A stretch of 64,000 bases of DNA, taken from positions 256,001 through 320,000 of the forward strand of contig OY762825.2 in assembly GCA_963666425.2 (NCBI GenBank). The letters run 5' to 3'. Origin of the DNA: Bacillota bacterium. GTDB lineage: Bacteria > Bacillota > JAAYKD01. Below, piece after piece: positions 1 to 9,258 of this stretch (position 1 is the stretch's first letter; each line of letters begins with the position of its first letter). The notes under the pieces are model-generated. The model was not told where the DNA came from, searched no databases, and saw only the letters and a list, made by a program, of their open reading frames with translations. A program made the translations under genes and the position numbers.

Positions 1-54
1 TTTTGCCATGTGATCATTGAGCATAGTGGTGAGTTTACTTTGTACTTTCAGCAT
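1..54 (-). CDS. 5' fragment of a CDS running off the window (MLKVQSKLTTMLNDHMAK...)
   Basis: ATG at 54 preceded by GAGGA RBS; frame open to position 1; -10-like TATTCT at 88-93. Confidence 0.55.
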   Translation of the reverse strand, partial: MLKVQSKLTTMLNDHMAK

Positions 55-115
55 TGAACATCCTCGTTTCGTAGTTTTCTTGACACAAGAATACCAACTG
101 CGAGGAGCTTATAAC

Positions 116-131
116 ACCTACTAAAGTAGGT
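116..131. promoter_or_regulatory. Palindromic operator ACCTACT-aa-AGTAGGT, candidate site for the adjacent LuxR/MalT activator
   Basis: 7-2-7 inverted repeat 22 bp upstream of a -10 box, where a -35 would sit. Confidence 0.5.
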
Positions 132-159
132 TCTTTCGTTCTGAAAAGGAGGGGTCTCT

Positions 160-2523
160 CTATAATATTCCTAATTCTTTCGCTCTGGCAACGGCTTCAG
201 TCCGGCGCTTTACTTGTAACTTGCCATAGATTGTTTGATTATAGCCCTTCACGGTGTTCAGCGCTAAAAAAAGTGTATTGCAAATTTCTTGATTAGATAA
301 CCCAGCTGCGATATACGATAATACCTCCATTTCTCTTATCGTGAGGGGCTCGAGGAGGTTACGGTTAGCAGACTCTCTTTTCAGCAGAGGTTCTTCTTTC
401 AAGAAGAGTTTGTTGCTGTCTGCAGCCATAAAACCCTGTCGAGAAGTTACTTTTTCACTTGCAGTCATGGATGTTTGTGCGAGACGGACGGAAGCTTCTG
501 CCTGCTCAATCATGGTTTCCATCTCATCGAACGTAATTTCATTCGGCATAGGATTAGCAAAATAGTTCGCTTTACTTTCTCTGATGCAATCCCGTGCTAA
601 ATCATAAAAGCCTTCATTGCAATAAATTCTAGCAAGCAAGAGATAATATTTATATTTCCAGTCTCCAAGAGCGTATTTTTGACCATAAATCTTACTTTCT
701 TCTAGTAGTGCATAAGCGGATGGATATTCGTCTTGTAAAAATGCTGCTTTAGCCAAATCCATAAAAAGGCTGGCAAGAAAAATAGGCTGCTTTTCCTTTT
801 GAACCTTTATTATCAACTGGTTCAATAATTCATTTGCTTCCATAAAGCGTTTTTGTTGTAGATACAATTCAGCGAGAACCATGCAGATGCCATTGTACGC
901 CAAAGAATTTCCCATTTTATCAATATCCTGTAGAGATTGTAGAATCACTGCTTCGGCTTCGGATAAATCACCGATACTCCAATGCGCGACAGCCAACATC
1001 ATCGCTGCAAGAGCACGTTTTTGCTGCTGATCACGGGGAATCAGCAGCAAAGCATTGCGGGTATGCTCGAAAATACCATCAATATCGCCTCTAGCAGCAG
1101 CGATATACCCGCGTGCAGATGCGATCGTCGCTGGTAATAGCTCAAACTGAAGCATATCGTTGATCAGAATACCTTCCGGATGTTCTGTCGATTGATACTG
1201 ATCATACAAAAGCATTGCCTTGTCAAACCAAATTGCGCAGCTTTCGATATCTCCTAGATCGAGTAAAGCCCAACCATACCCCATAGTAAGCACAGGGCTT
1301 CTCTCGATGATCTCTATAGGCAATAGCTTCACCATGTTAAGCCAAGTTGCTGGTTGAAGTTGAAGGTCCATTTCAACCCATTTGCACTCAATCAAGGCTG
1401 CGGCTTCCGCATAGGCATTTGCCTCTAGGAAGTGATGAATCGCTTCCTGATCCAATCTTTCCTTTTTGAACCAACAGCCAGCTCGATAATGCAGCTGATC
1501 GAGCTCTGTTTTCGGGGTGTGTTCTATACTTTGCCGAAGCAGTTCCCTAAAAAGAGGATGATATCGATACCACTTCGATGATGAATCAGTGGAAACAATA
1601 AAACAATTGGTTTTCACGAGTTTCCTGATCAAAGTACTTGCTGCATTCGGTTCGAGTTGAATCACAGTTTCACAAAGTTCAGACGAAAAATAATCGAATA
1701 GAGATGTTTTCAGCAAAAAATTCTTCATTTCCGAGGTTTGACGGTCAAGTACTTCTTCAATCAAATAGTCCATAATATACGAATGGCTTCCAGTGAATGC
1801 CTCAATAAATCTATCTACATCCTTAAGCCCCTGCATCGAGAGTGCGGCTAACTGTAAACCGGCAATCCAACCTTCTGTCCGTATGATCAAATGCTGTAAC
1901 TGCAACTCTTCCAATACAAGGTTTGGTTGTTGTAAAAAAAAAGTTCTTACCTCTGTTTCAGTAAATCGTAGTTGTGAAATTCTGAGTTCAAAAAGCTTCT
2001 TGCTCGCTCGCAGTTTGGCCAGTGGGAAAGGAGGGTCTTCTCTACTGATCAGGATGACTTGCATCAATTGCGGTAAATGTTCCAGTAGGGTTCGAAACAT
2101 TTGATGGATTTGTTGGCTTTGGATGACATGATAATCGTCAATGACCATGATGAAAGGATGAGCAACGCTATGCAGCTGAGTGACAAAAACCCGGATTAAC
2201 ATCTCTGGTCCGATGGATGGAAAAGCATCCAGAAGTTGTTCCAGCGCTTCAGCTGCCTGTCTGTCGATCGATTTCATGCCAGCGGCAATATAAGCCAGAA
2301 ATTGCGTTATATCATTATCCCATTCATCGAGTGAATACCAACAATACGGTTTCTTCTGTTCGGAAAGCCAGGCAGAAACAATTGTCGATTTACCAGAGCC
2401 AGCCTGAGCAGACACCAGAATGACATTTGCTGAAGAGCAGCCCTTGAGGAGATCTGTTCTTGCAATGATGTGATCGGGCAATTGAGGTTTCTCTAATTTT
2501 GCAGACAATATAGAAAAAGTCAT
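160..2523 (-). CDS. MalT-like STAND ATPase / LuxR-family transcriptional regulator
   Basis: N-terminal P-loop AQAGSGKST, Walker B-like VIDDYH, RTEGWIAGLQL, YRYHPLF; C-terminal LuxR HTH LTIREMEVL...GLSNQEI...IYGKLQV. Confidence 0.9.
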   Translation of the reverse strand: MTFSILSAKLEKPQLPDHIIARTDLLKGCSSANVILVSAQAGSGKSTIVSAWLSEQKKPYCWYSLDEWDNDITQFLAYIAAGMKSIDRQAAEALEQLLDAFPSIGPEMLIRVFVTQLHSVAHPFIMVIDDYHVIQSQQIHQMFRTLLEHLPQLMQVILISREDPPFPLAKLRASKKLFELRISQLRFTETEVRTFFLQQPNLVLEELQLQHLIIRTEGWIAGLQLAALSMQGLKDVDRFIEAFTGSHSYIMDYLIEEVLDRQTSEMKNFLLKTSLFDYFSSELCETVIQLEPNAASTLIRKLVKTNCFIVSTDSSSKWYRYHPLFRELLRQSIEHTPKTELDQLHYRAGCWFKKERLDQEAIHHFLEANAYAEAAALIECKWVEMDLQLQPATWLNMVKLLPIEIIERSPVLTMGYGWALLDLGDIESCAIWFDKAMLLYDQYQSTEHPEGILINDMLQFELLPATIASARGYIAAARGDIDGIFEHTRNALLLIPRDQQQKRALAAMMLAVAHWSIGDLSEAEAVILQSLQDIDKMGNSLAYNGICMVLAELYLQQKRFMEANELLNQLIIKVQKEKQPIFLASLFMDLAKAAFLQDEYPSAYALLEESKIYGQKYALGDWKYKYYLLLARIYCNEGFYDLARDCIRESKANYFANPMPNEITFDEMETMIEQAEASVRLAQTSMTASEKVTSRQGFMAADSNKLFLKEEPLLKRESANRNLLEPLTIREMEVLSYIAAGLSNQEICNTLFLALNTVKGYNQTIYGKLQVKRRTEAVARAKELGIL

Positions 2524-2664
2524 ACTTTTCCTCCATTCACATCATAGATTCTGGTTTCGGATTCGTTCATTATTTGCCGCACTATTTTGCATCTATAAAC
2601 TGCTCCAATTATACAAATTGAAGATCAGGTTGTAAAGTAAAATATTGGTATTTTGCTCTACTAT

Positions 2665-2723
2665 AAAAATTAACCATGGGTAGATAAATCCGTGAAAGAC
2701 TTATCTAACCATAGTTAATTTAA
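2665..2723 (-). terminator. Long hairpin, probable terminator of the DUF2975 operon
   Basis: AAATTAACCATGGGTAGATAA...TTATCTAACCATAGTTAATTT inverted repeat with T-run on the minus strand. Confidence 0.55.
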
Positions 2724-2793
2724 AAAAGAGATGGCGAGGCTTTGTCTCGCTCAACGAGGTAGACCGCAATTTTGCTTGTGTGGAATTTTTGCA

Positions 2794-4092
2794 CTAATAT
2801 AGATGCAGCAGCGCCAAAGTCACACCGCTAAAAAGCAGCCAGGGCCTCATCGATTTTTTACCGCTCCACAGAGAATAAACCGCAGCAAGACATGCGAGGA
2901 ACAAAACACTGACCAGCCAGCTGCTCAGCAAGCGAAGCGGAGTGAAGCCAAAATTGCTGATGTAGAGGAACAGCTTGGAAAGAGCGGTGAGGGAAAAAAG
3001 GATGCTCTCGCTCAGCAACAGCGTAGACATCAAGCGTAACGCGCGATGCTGACGAATAGCACTGTCACAACTCAAAACAACGAACAAGAGCAATGTGAAA
3101 TTCAAGGTTAAAATCCCGCAGAGTTCAAAAAAGCCTTGTCGTGCGTATTGAGCAACGGTGAAGTCTGCCGGTAAGTGATGCAGAAAAGCTCCAAACAAAT
3201 AGGAACCTTGTATCAGAAAAAAAGACAGATAGAGCAGCGAAAAAGCAGCTAAAAAAAACAACCAGATTTTAGCCGGTATCTTGCGCAGTGATTCGACGAT
3301 TTTCAAAATAGCCGTTTTTTGTACCTGCAATTGCTCTGCTTCTACTTTCTGTAGACCAATTACCAAGCTATACAAATAGGCGCCAATTGGCAGACTGATC
3401 AGAAAGCGCATTAAAATTTCGTTGAAATTGTCAATTTGAAAAAAACGCAGAACATTCCCGAATATATGATCAAAAAAAGGATCCGCTGCCGAAAGCAGTG
3501 TTGCAGCCAAATAGAAAAGTAAGAGTGATAAAATACAAACAATCAAGATTCCACCTTTCACTGCGGCAGAATCCTTGCTCCTCATTTTATCATTAACCAA
3601 AGTCCAGATCATGCGTAAACGCAGAAAGAATCGCTGAAACGGCAATAGAATGAGACCATTGAACAGGTCGATTACCGCAAAAATTCCCGTCTCCCCTTCC
3701 AACATGCGGCTTGAGCGAGTAAGCAGCCAATAAACTGCATAAAGATGGAGAATCCAGATGGCAGCGTAGCCTAAAATCTGGTTTCTGCCAAATACATAAC
3801 CAACTACACCGAGCCAAAGACAACCCAGCCAAACAAAGCTTTCCCAGCTTGCTTTTCGTTCATGGTAAACCAGTTCCGTAGCCAGAGAGAATCCAAAGAC
3901 AAAAATGACTAAAAACAATTTACTGTAGTGATTCTGGCTTGTGAAAATATAAGTATAGAGATAGGCAAGCAGATAACTGATCGGCAACGCAGCTTTTTCT
4001 AGGAAAGAAGGAACAAGTGTTGTCGTGGATTCACTTTGCGCGAACAGCCGGTTCAATTTAGCTGCTTCGCTGTTATTGCTTTTAAGATCCAT
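2794..4092 (-). CDS. DUF4173/DUF4153-type polytopic membrane protein
   Basis: Many TM segments; LLSAADPFF, YARQGFFEL and YISNFGFTPLRL motifs; GGAG RBS before ATG 4092. Confidence 0.8.
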   Translation of the reverse strand: MDLKSNNSEAAKLNRLFAQSESTTTLVPSFLEKAALPISYLLAYLYTYIFTSQNHYSKLFLVIFVFGFSLATELVYHERKASWESFVWLGCLWLGVVGYVFGRNQILGYAAIWILHLYAVYWLLTRSSRMLEGETGIFAVIDLFNGLILLPFQRFFLRLRMIWTLVNDKMRSKDSAAVKGGILIVCILSLLLFYLAATLLSAADPFFDHIFGNVLRFFQIDNFNEILMRFLISLPIGAYLYSLVIGLQKVEAEQLQVQKTAILKIVESLRKIPAKIWLFFLAAFSLLYLSFFLIQGSYLFGAFLHHLPADFTVAQYARQGFFELCGILTLNFTLLLFVVLSCDSAIRQHRALRLMSTLLLSESILFSLTALSKLFLYISNFGFTPLRLLSSWLVSVLFLACLAAVYSLWSGKKSMRPWLLFSGVTLALLHLY

Positions 4093-4136
4093 TTCAATTC
4101 TCCGTTCTGTTTTTTTATTGTGCAATAGAGGACAAT

Positions 4137-4349
4137 TTATAAAATGTCATCCCGAAATTCTAAAATATCACCCGGTTGGCATTGCAATTCGTGACATAGT
4201 GCCATTAAAGTGGAAAAGCGAATCGCTTTGGCTCTGCTGTTTTTCAGAATAGATAAGTTTGCCGGGGTAATTCCTACCCGTTCGGCAAGCTCGCCAGCGG
4301 AGATTTTTCGCTTGGCCATCATCACATCGAGATTCACGATAATTTCCAT
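4137..4349 (-). CDS. XRE/Cro-C1 HTH regulator (YozG-like)
   Basis: LAERVGITPANLSILK...AIRFSTL...CQPGDIL signature. Confidence 0.9.
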   Translation of the reverse strand: MEIIVNLDVMMAKRKISAGELAERVGITPANLSILKNSRAKAIRFSTLMALCHELQCQPGDILEFRDDIL

Positions 4350-4361
4350 TTCAAATCCCCT

Positions 4362-4817
4362 TCAAACCGTAAAATCCAATTCTTCTTGCATGGCGCGGGC
4401 TTGTTCAAACACATTCTTCACGATGCGGACGATTAGTCCAACAAAACCAGCCGCAATTGCAATTAGCATCATCGGAAGGTATAAAAATGCACTGGTAAAA
4501 CCAATGGTGCAGACTGCAAAGCAGCACCAGCTCGTCGTCCGCAGGTAACGAACATTATCAACCTGAAAAATAACCCCTGCTTTCATATTCTGCAGCAGTT
4601 TCCAGAGTGAAAAAAGTAAGATCCAAGCAAATATACTGCAGGAATAAATGACCGCAAAGAGCATGCCGCTATTTTGCAGGCCACCAAGAAGAACAGGGAT
4701 ACTGATCAACCAAGAAACCAACCAGTAGGCTCCAAAATCAATGACAGCTAAAAGAACTGCAAATGCGATGATACAGAGGCGGGACAAGAGAATGCTTTTG
4801 TTCTGATTCCAATTCAT
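4362..4817 (-). CDS. DUF2975 membrane protein
   Basis: 4 TM segments, IFQVDNVRYL and C-terminal VFEQARAMQEELDFTV; typical partner of YozG; GGAGG RBS. Confidence 0.85.
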   Translation of the reverse strand: MNWNQNKSILLSRLCIIAFAVLLAVIDFGAYWLVSWLISIPVLLGGLQNSGMLFAVIYSCSIFAWILLFSLWKLLQNMKAGVIFQVDNVRYLRTTSWCCFAVCTIGFTSAFLYLPMMLIAIAAGFVGLIVRIVKNVFEQARAMQEELDFTV

Positions 4818-4846
4818 CGTATAACCTCCCCTCAAGAATTGAACCT

Positions 4847-4875
4847 AATATAACACGGCGCTTGTTGATTGTCAA
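4847..4875 (-). promoter_or_regulatory. SigA promoter of the DUF2975 operon, with upstream AT-rich operator-like sequence
   Basis: TTGACA-17-TATATT; imperfect palindrome TATTGTTTATCGATAA just upstream. Confidence 0.65.
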
Positions 4876-4964
4876 TATATATATATTGTTTATCGATAAT
4901 TATTTTGTTGAAAAAATGCAAAACGGAAATTTCACCGAATTCGTTGTTTTATCTCACAAGAGAT

Positions 4965-5029
4965 AAAAAGACTCCCCTTTTCTATCAACCTGACTGTTTA
5001 CTGTCAAGTTGATAGAAAAGAGGAGTCTT
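4965..5029 (-). terminator. Long near-perfect hairpin terminator
   Basis: AAGACTCCCCTTTTCTATCAACCTGAC / GTCAAGTTGATAGAAAAGAGGAGTCTT with T-run on the minus strand. Confidence 0.7.
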
Positions 5030-5069
5030 GTAATTTATGCGTTTAGAGTGTAATCTTTGCGTAGCTTTG

Positions 5070-6167
5070 TTAGTAGCTGCTTTTCGCCGCAGCAGCGTTA
5101 TATTCTTGTATCAATGTCTTGACTAATTCCTGCACCGATACGATTTTATCTGTCCGATAGGCATTGGCCCCGGCAAATGCAAAACCGTGCTTCATTCTGC
5201 CCTTTTTCGCATTGATCAATGCCAGCGAAATACAGTAAGGACTGGTTTGATAATTGCAGGTGCTGATACAATGGAACGGGCAGACAAAGGGTTTCTTTTC
5301 ACCAGCACTCACATCCTGCAGAAATTCATTGATGATTGCGCGTCCTGGCATACCGACAGGGCTTTGGATAATGCCAATATCCTCCGCTTGACAGGCAAGA
5401 TAAGTCTTTTTAAATTCCAGCGAGGCATCACATTCCTCTGTTGTCACAAAACGAGTCGCCATTTGCACACCGGCGGCACCCAATTGAAGCATTTGGTAAA
5501 TGTCTTCTCCGCTATAAATACCGCCTGCGGCGATAACCGGTATCGCTTTTCCTGTCAAAGCTTCAATTCTTTTTGTCTCGGTGATGACTTCCGGCACGAT
5601 TTTTTCCAGCTGGTAATTTGGGTCCGCAAGCTGTTCGATCTTAAAGCCCAGGTGACCGCCTGCTTTCGGTCCTTCTACGACAATAGCATCCGGTGGATAG
5701 TTGTATTTTTCCATCCAAATTTTCGCAATTAGTTTGACCGCTCTTGCGGAAGAAACAATCGGTGCCAGCTTGGTTTTACTGGACGGAGTCAGAAAAGAAG
5801 GCAGAGTTAAGGGAAGCCCGGCTCCTGAAATGATCAGATCAACGCCTTCGTCTATTGCGGTTTTTACCATATCTGTAAAATTCGAAGAAGCCACCATGAT
5901 ATTTACACCAAGTACCCCATTGCTCAACGTCCGGGCCAACCTGATTTCTTTTCTTAACGCTCTGATGTTTGCTTCTAAATAGTTCGTGGTAAAATCGGGT
6001 TCCGACATGCCAATACCGGCAGTGGAAATCACCCCGATACCACCCTGGTTGGCTACGGCCGAGGCTAATCCGCTTAAAGAGATACCTACCCCCATGCCGC
6101 CTTGAATGATCGGTAATTTTACTGGTAAGTCACCGATGGTTAAGCTAGGTCCACTCCAAGAAATCAT
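5070..6167 (-). CDS. Nitronate monooxygenase-family flavoprotein, FabX/UfaA-like with a probable Fe-S motif
   Basis: PIIQGGMGVGIS, EGPKAGGHLG, AAGGI, GVQMATRF; C-terminal CPFHCISTC...YCI cysteines. Confidence 0.8.
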   Translation of the reverse strand: MISWSGPSLTIGDLPVKLPIIQGGMGVGISLSGLASAVANQGGIGVISTAGIGMSEPDFTTNYLEANIRALRKEIRLARTLSNGVLGVNIMVASSNFTDMVKTAIDEGVDLIISGAGLPLTLPSFLTPSSKTKLAPIVSSARAVKLIAKIWMEKYNYPPDAIVVEGPKAGGHLGFKIEQLADPNYQLEKIVPEVITETKRIEALTGKAIPVIAAGGIYSGEDIYQMLQLGAAGVQMATRFVTTEECDASLEFKKTYLACQAEDIGIIQSPVGMPGRAIINEFLQDVSAGEKKPFVCPFHCISTCNYQTSPYCISLALINAKKGRMKHGFAFAGANAYRTDKIVSVQELVKTLIQEYNAAAAKSSY

Positions 6168-6294
6168 GCTTATTCTCCTTATGCTTTCATTTCATCAACG
6201 TATTATAGCATAAAGCAAACAGCATTGACTAGTAAAATCTATCAACATATCCCTACATGACTCTAAAAGCAGTCAAAGCATTTCCGCATTATTC

Positions 6295-6615
6295 TTATTG
6301 TCTTTTACTGCCAACATACGAACCGACCCCGCCGGCAACGTCCGTCACATCATAGCCCGCTTTAATCAATTGTCGGCAGGCATTTTGGCTTCTCGCTCCG
6401 GAATGGCAAATCAGATAGTACGGCTGATCCTTTTGCAGATAGCTTTCCGGCTGACTCAGCAGCGTTTGCATGGGGATATTCTTGGCGGTTTTGATAGAGC
6501 CATTACGAAATTCACTCGGTTCTCTAATATCAATTAGGTTGATTTTACCGATCAAACAATCGATGTCATTGACATGAATCGATTTTATCGGGGAACGATT
6601 AAAGAAATTAAGCAT
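6295..6615 (-). CDS. Rhodanese-like domain protein
   Basis: LIDIREPSEF, NIP, active-site loop ICHSGARS, GG; GGAGG RBS. Confidence 0.85.
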   Translation of the reverse strand: MLNFFNRSPIKSIHVNDIDCLIGKINLIDIREPSEFRNGSIKTAKNIPMQTLLSQPESYLQKDQPYYLICHSGARSQNACRQLIKAGYDVTDVAGGVGSYVGSKRQ

Positions 6616-6689
6616 TTTAAACCTCCGTATAAATATGATTTTGTTTATCTTAACCATTCTCCATGGTGAATTCAGTAACTAAATCACAC

Positions 6690-6764
6690 AAAAAAAAAAA
6701 GCTGACCCTGTTGCCAACCTCCGAAGCAATATCGGAACTAGGGTTCGCAGTAGGGACAGCGTTT
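6690..6764. repeat. Compound hairpin with a 5' A-run (terminator-like; element A)
   Basis: GCTGACCCTGTTGC / GCAGTAGGGACAGC outer stem with an inner CCGA-AGCAATA-TCGG stem. Confidence 0.55.
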
Positions 6765-6828
6765 CATTTTAGAAGAAGAAGCTCATAACTTGGCTGAGTG
6801 AAAAAAGGTGATGTCTGCGATCACGAGT

Positions 6829-7275
6829 TTATTCCGGTACGACTACAACAGCAACTTCGGTGTCACGCACAACCTTTGAAGTGACCGACCCGATCAGCCT
6901 GGACAATCCCATTACGCTGGATTTTGTCATAACGATCATATCAAATCCGCCTTCTTTGGCTGTATCGAGAATCACACCGCCGCTCTGGCCTTCGAGTGAG
7001 AGTTTTGTCACATGATAGCCTTCCAGCATTTTTTCGCCTTCGTCTACGGTCTCAGTGCTTCTCTTTTTGGAAATTTCATACAATTCACTAAAATCATATA
7101 ACGGACTTTCTCCAAAAGACGACATTTGCGGTATATAGGCCGAGAGTTCGATCACGTTGAGCAAAGTGACTTCTGCTTCATCCTTGGTAAAGAATTTTTT
7201 CAGCCAGAGTAAAGAGTGCGTACTTTTCTCCGAACCATCCAACGGGACTAATACTTTCAACTTCACAGATAACAC
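6829..7275 (-). CDS. Universal stress protein (UspA family)
   Basis: VLVPLDGSEKS, DMIVM, GSVTSKVV motifs. Confidence 0.9.
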   Translation of the reverse strand: MLSVKLKVLVPLDGSEKSTHSLLWLKKFFTKDEAEVTLLNVIELSAYIPQMSSFGESPLYDFSELYEISKKRSTETVDEGEKMLEGYHVTKLSLEGQSGGVILDTAKEGGFDMIVMTKSSVMGLSRLIGSVTSKVVRDTEVAVVVVPE

Positions 7276-7303
7276 ATCCTTTTCTTTCTAAGATAATTTA
7301 ACT

Positions 7304-7330
7304 CTTCGACATTATCCTCCGATTCCCTTC
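7304..7330 (-). promoter_or_regulatory. SigH-like promoter of the usp gene
   Basis: GAAGGG-N14-GTCGAAG on the minus strand. Confidence 0.45.
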
Positions 7331-7413
7331 CTGTCGCGGTGAATCATGAGAATTGTTATGACTTTGCCTTTTGACGATCGATATTCCAGACAATTTGGAT
7401 ATTTAAAAAAGAA

Positions 7414-9213
7414 CTAAAACGTTTGGACTTTAAGATCAGGTAACACATCGTTCAGGAAAACATCGACAATTTCACTGTCAAAATCAATCCCGGCGCAACG
7501 TTTTAATTCTTTGACCGTTTCCTCAATGCTCAAACGTCTTCGATAGCTTCTCTCACTCGTCATCACATCAAAGGCATCCGCAATGGAAAGAATTCTCGCT
7601 TGCAGCGGGATCTCCTCTTCCTTTAAATGATTTGGGTAACCGGAACCATTCCATTTTTCATGATGCGCAATGATGGTATTGGCTACTTCAGAAAATTCAT
7701 TGACAGAGCTGAGAATGCGCCAGCCAATTTCAGGATGTTTCTTAATTTGATTCATTTCATCCTGGCCGAGTCTGCCCGCCTTATTGAGAATGACTTCATC
7801 AATACCGATTTTACCAATATCATGAACCAAACCCGCGATGCGAATCTGACCGACTTCATCTGGTTTCAGCCCCATTTTAACAGCAAGCGCCTGACTGATC
7901 GCACTGACACGTTGAGAGTGGTTTGATTCTCTGCTGCTTTTCGCAAATAGTGTATTCAGAATAATATCGATGGTATGGCTCCTCAGACTGGATCGCTCAT
8001 AAAGTTTATTGCGGAACAGATCATTTTCTGCATTGATCAGCACCTCGGAAATGACTTGTTCCATGCTTTCTTTGGTATCAGTGCCAAGAGAAATAGAAAA
8101 CCCCGGTTTGCTGGTTTTAAGCTCGAGAGCCAACTCTTTAATTGCATTGATCCTTTCCTGTGCAAAAGCAGGACTGCTATGCGGAAGTATGAGAGCAAAT
8201 TCATCTCCGCCAAGTCGGCAGCAGATATCTTCGCTTCGGCAAACTTTCTGCATGATTTCAGCAGTACTGCGTAGAAATTCATCACCAACCAGATGCCCAA
8301 AAGAGTCATTGATCAATTTCAGGCCGTTGATATCACACATAATGACGGAGAGTGGGAGATTTGCCGGGGCATCAAGACGGCTCAATTCTTCTTCATAAAA
8401 TCTGCGATTATATAGTCCGGTCAATAAATCGTGATAGCTCATATAAACGAATTTTTCTTCTGCTTTCTTTCTGGCTGAAATATCTCTGACAATACAAAGC
8501 AGTACCAATTTATCTTCAAGCATCATGCGACTTTCGCTCACTTCTACTTGAATGGGAACCAGGGTTTTCGTGTAATGGATCGTTTCATAAAAATCGCGGC
8601 TAGATTCTTTTTTCCCGTTATCATGCAGAGACAAAAGAGCCGGATTTGGAGAGCTTAAGTTGAAAAACTGCAACTGTAAGAATTCCTCAAAAGAGTAACC
8701 GTACATGGCGACCGCGGCTTGATTAATCTCCAGAATATGACCTTCCAGATCGATAAATAACATTGCATCACTCGCCTTGTCAGCCAGCAAATGATAGAGA
8801 TTCATTCGATTTTGCAATTTCAGATTTTCTTTTCTCAATTTTGCTTCTTGGGATTCACGAAGTACTACGGACGGGATTCTGCTCATGTTATGTTTCATAA
8901 TACAGTCGCGGCAGCCGCTTCGCATTAATTCAACGGCTTGTTCTTCTCCGATTACCCCTGAGACAATAATAATAGGAAGAAATGGGTTAAACTTCTGGAT
9001 ACTCTTAATTGCCTCAAAAGCATTAAATGATGGCATGGAATAATCGCAGAGGATAATATCCCAATCTTGTTCCTTCAACTGCGCTTCCATCGCTCGCGCG
9101 TTATCCACTTGGCTGTATTCAACAGGGATTTTCGCTTCTTCAAATTTGTTCATGATCAGTTCGGCATCAAGTTCTGAGTCATCAATCAAGAGAATTTTAA
9201 GCGTCTCTTTCAT
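7414..9213 (-). CDS. REC-PAS-GGDEF-HD-GYP c-di-GMP cyclase/phosphodiesterase response regulator
   Basis: IDD...CDYSMP receiver; PAS; HDLLTGLYNRR, RSED I-site, LGGDEF; HDIGKIG and HHEKWNGSGYP. Confidence 0.93.
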   Translation of the reverse strand: MKETLKILLIDDSELDAELIMNKFEEAKIPVEYSQVDNARAMEAQLKEQDWDIILCDYSMPSFNAFEAIKSIQKFNPFLPIIIVSGVIGEEQAVELMRSGCRDCIMKHNMSRIPSVVLRESQEAKLRKENLKLQNRMNLYHLLADKASDAMLFIDLEGHILEINQAAVAMYGYSFEEFLQLQFFNLSSPNPALLSLHDNGKKESSRDFYETIHYTKTLVPIQVEVSESRMMLEDKLVLLCIVRDISARKKAEEKFVYMSYHDLLTGLYNRRFYEEELSRLDAPANLPLSVIMCDINGLKLINDSFGHLVGDEFLRSTAEIMQKVCRSEDICCRLGGDEFALILPHSSPAFAQERINAIKELALELKTSKPGFSISLGTDTKESMEQVISEVLINAENDLFRNKLYERSSLRSHTIDIILNTLFAKSSRESNHSQRVSAISQALAVKMGLKPDEVGQIRIAGLVHDIGKIGIDEVILNKAGRLGQDEMNQIKKHPEIGWRILSSVNEFSEVANTIIAHHEKWNGSGYPNHLKEEEIPLQARILSIADAFDVMTSERSYRRRLSIEETVKELKRCAGIDFDSEIVDVFLNDVLPDLKVQTF

Positions 9214-9258
9214 TTCTATCCCTTCTTTACTTATTCAAATTCCATGTGCAGATTACCA

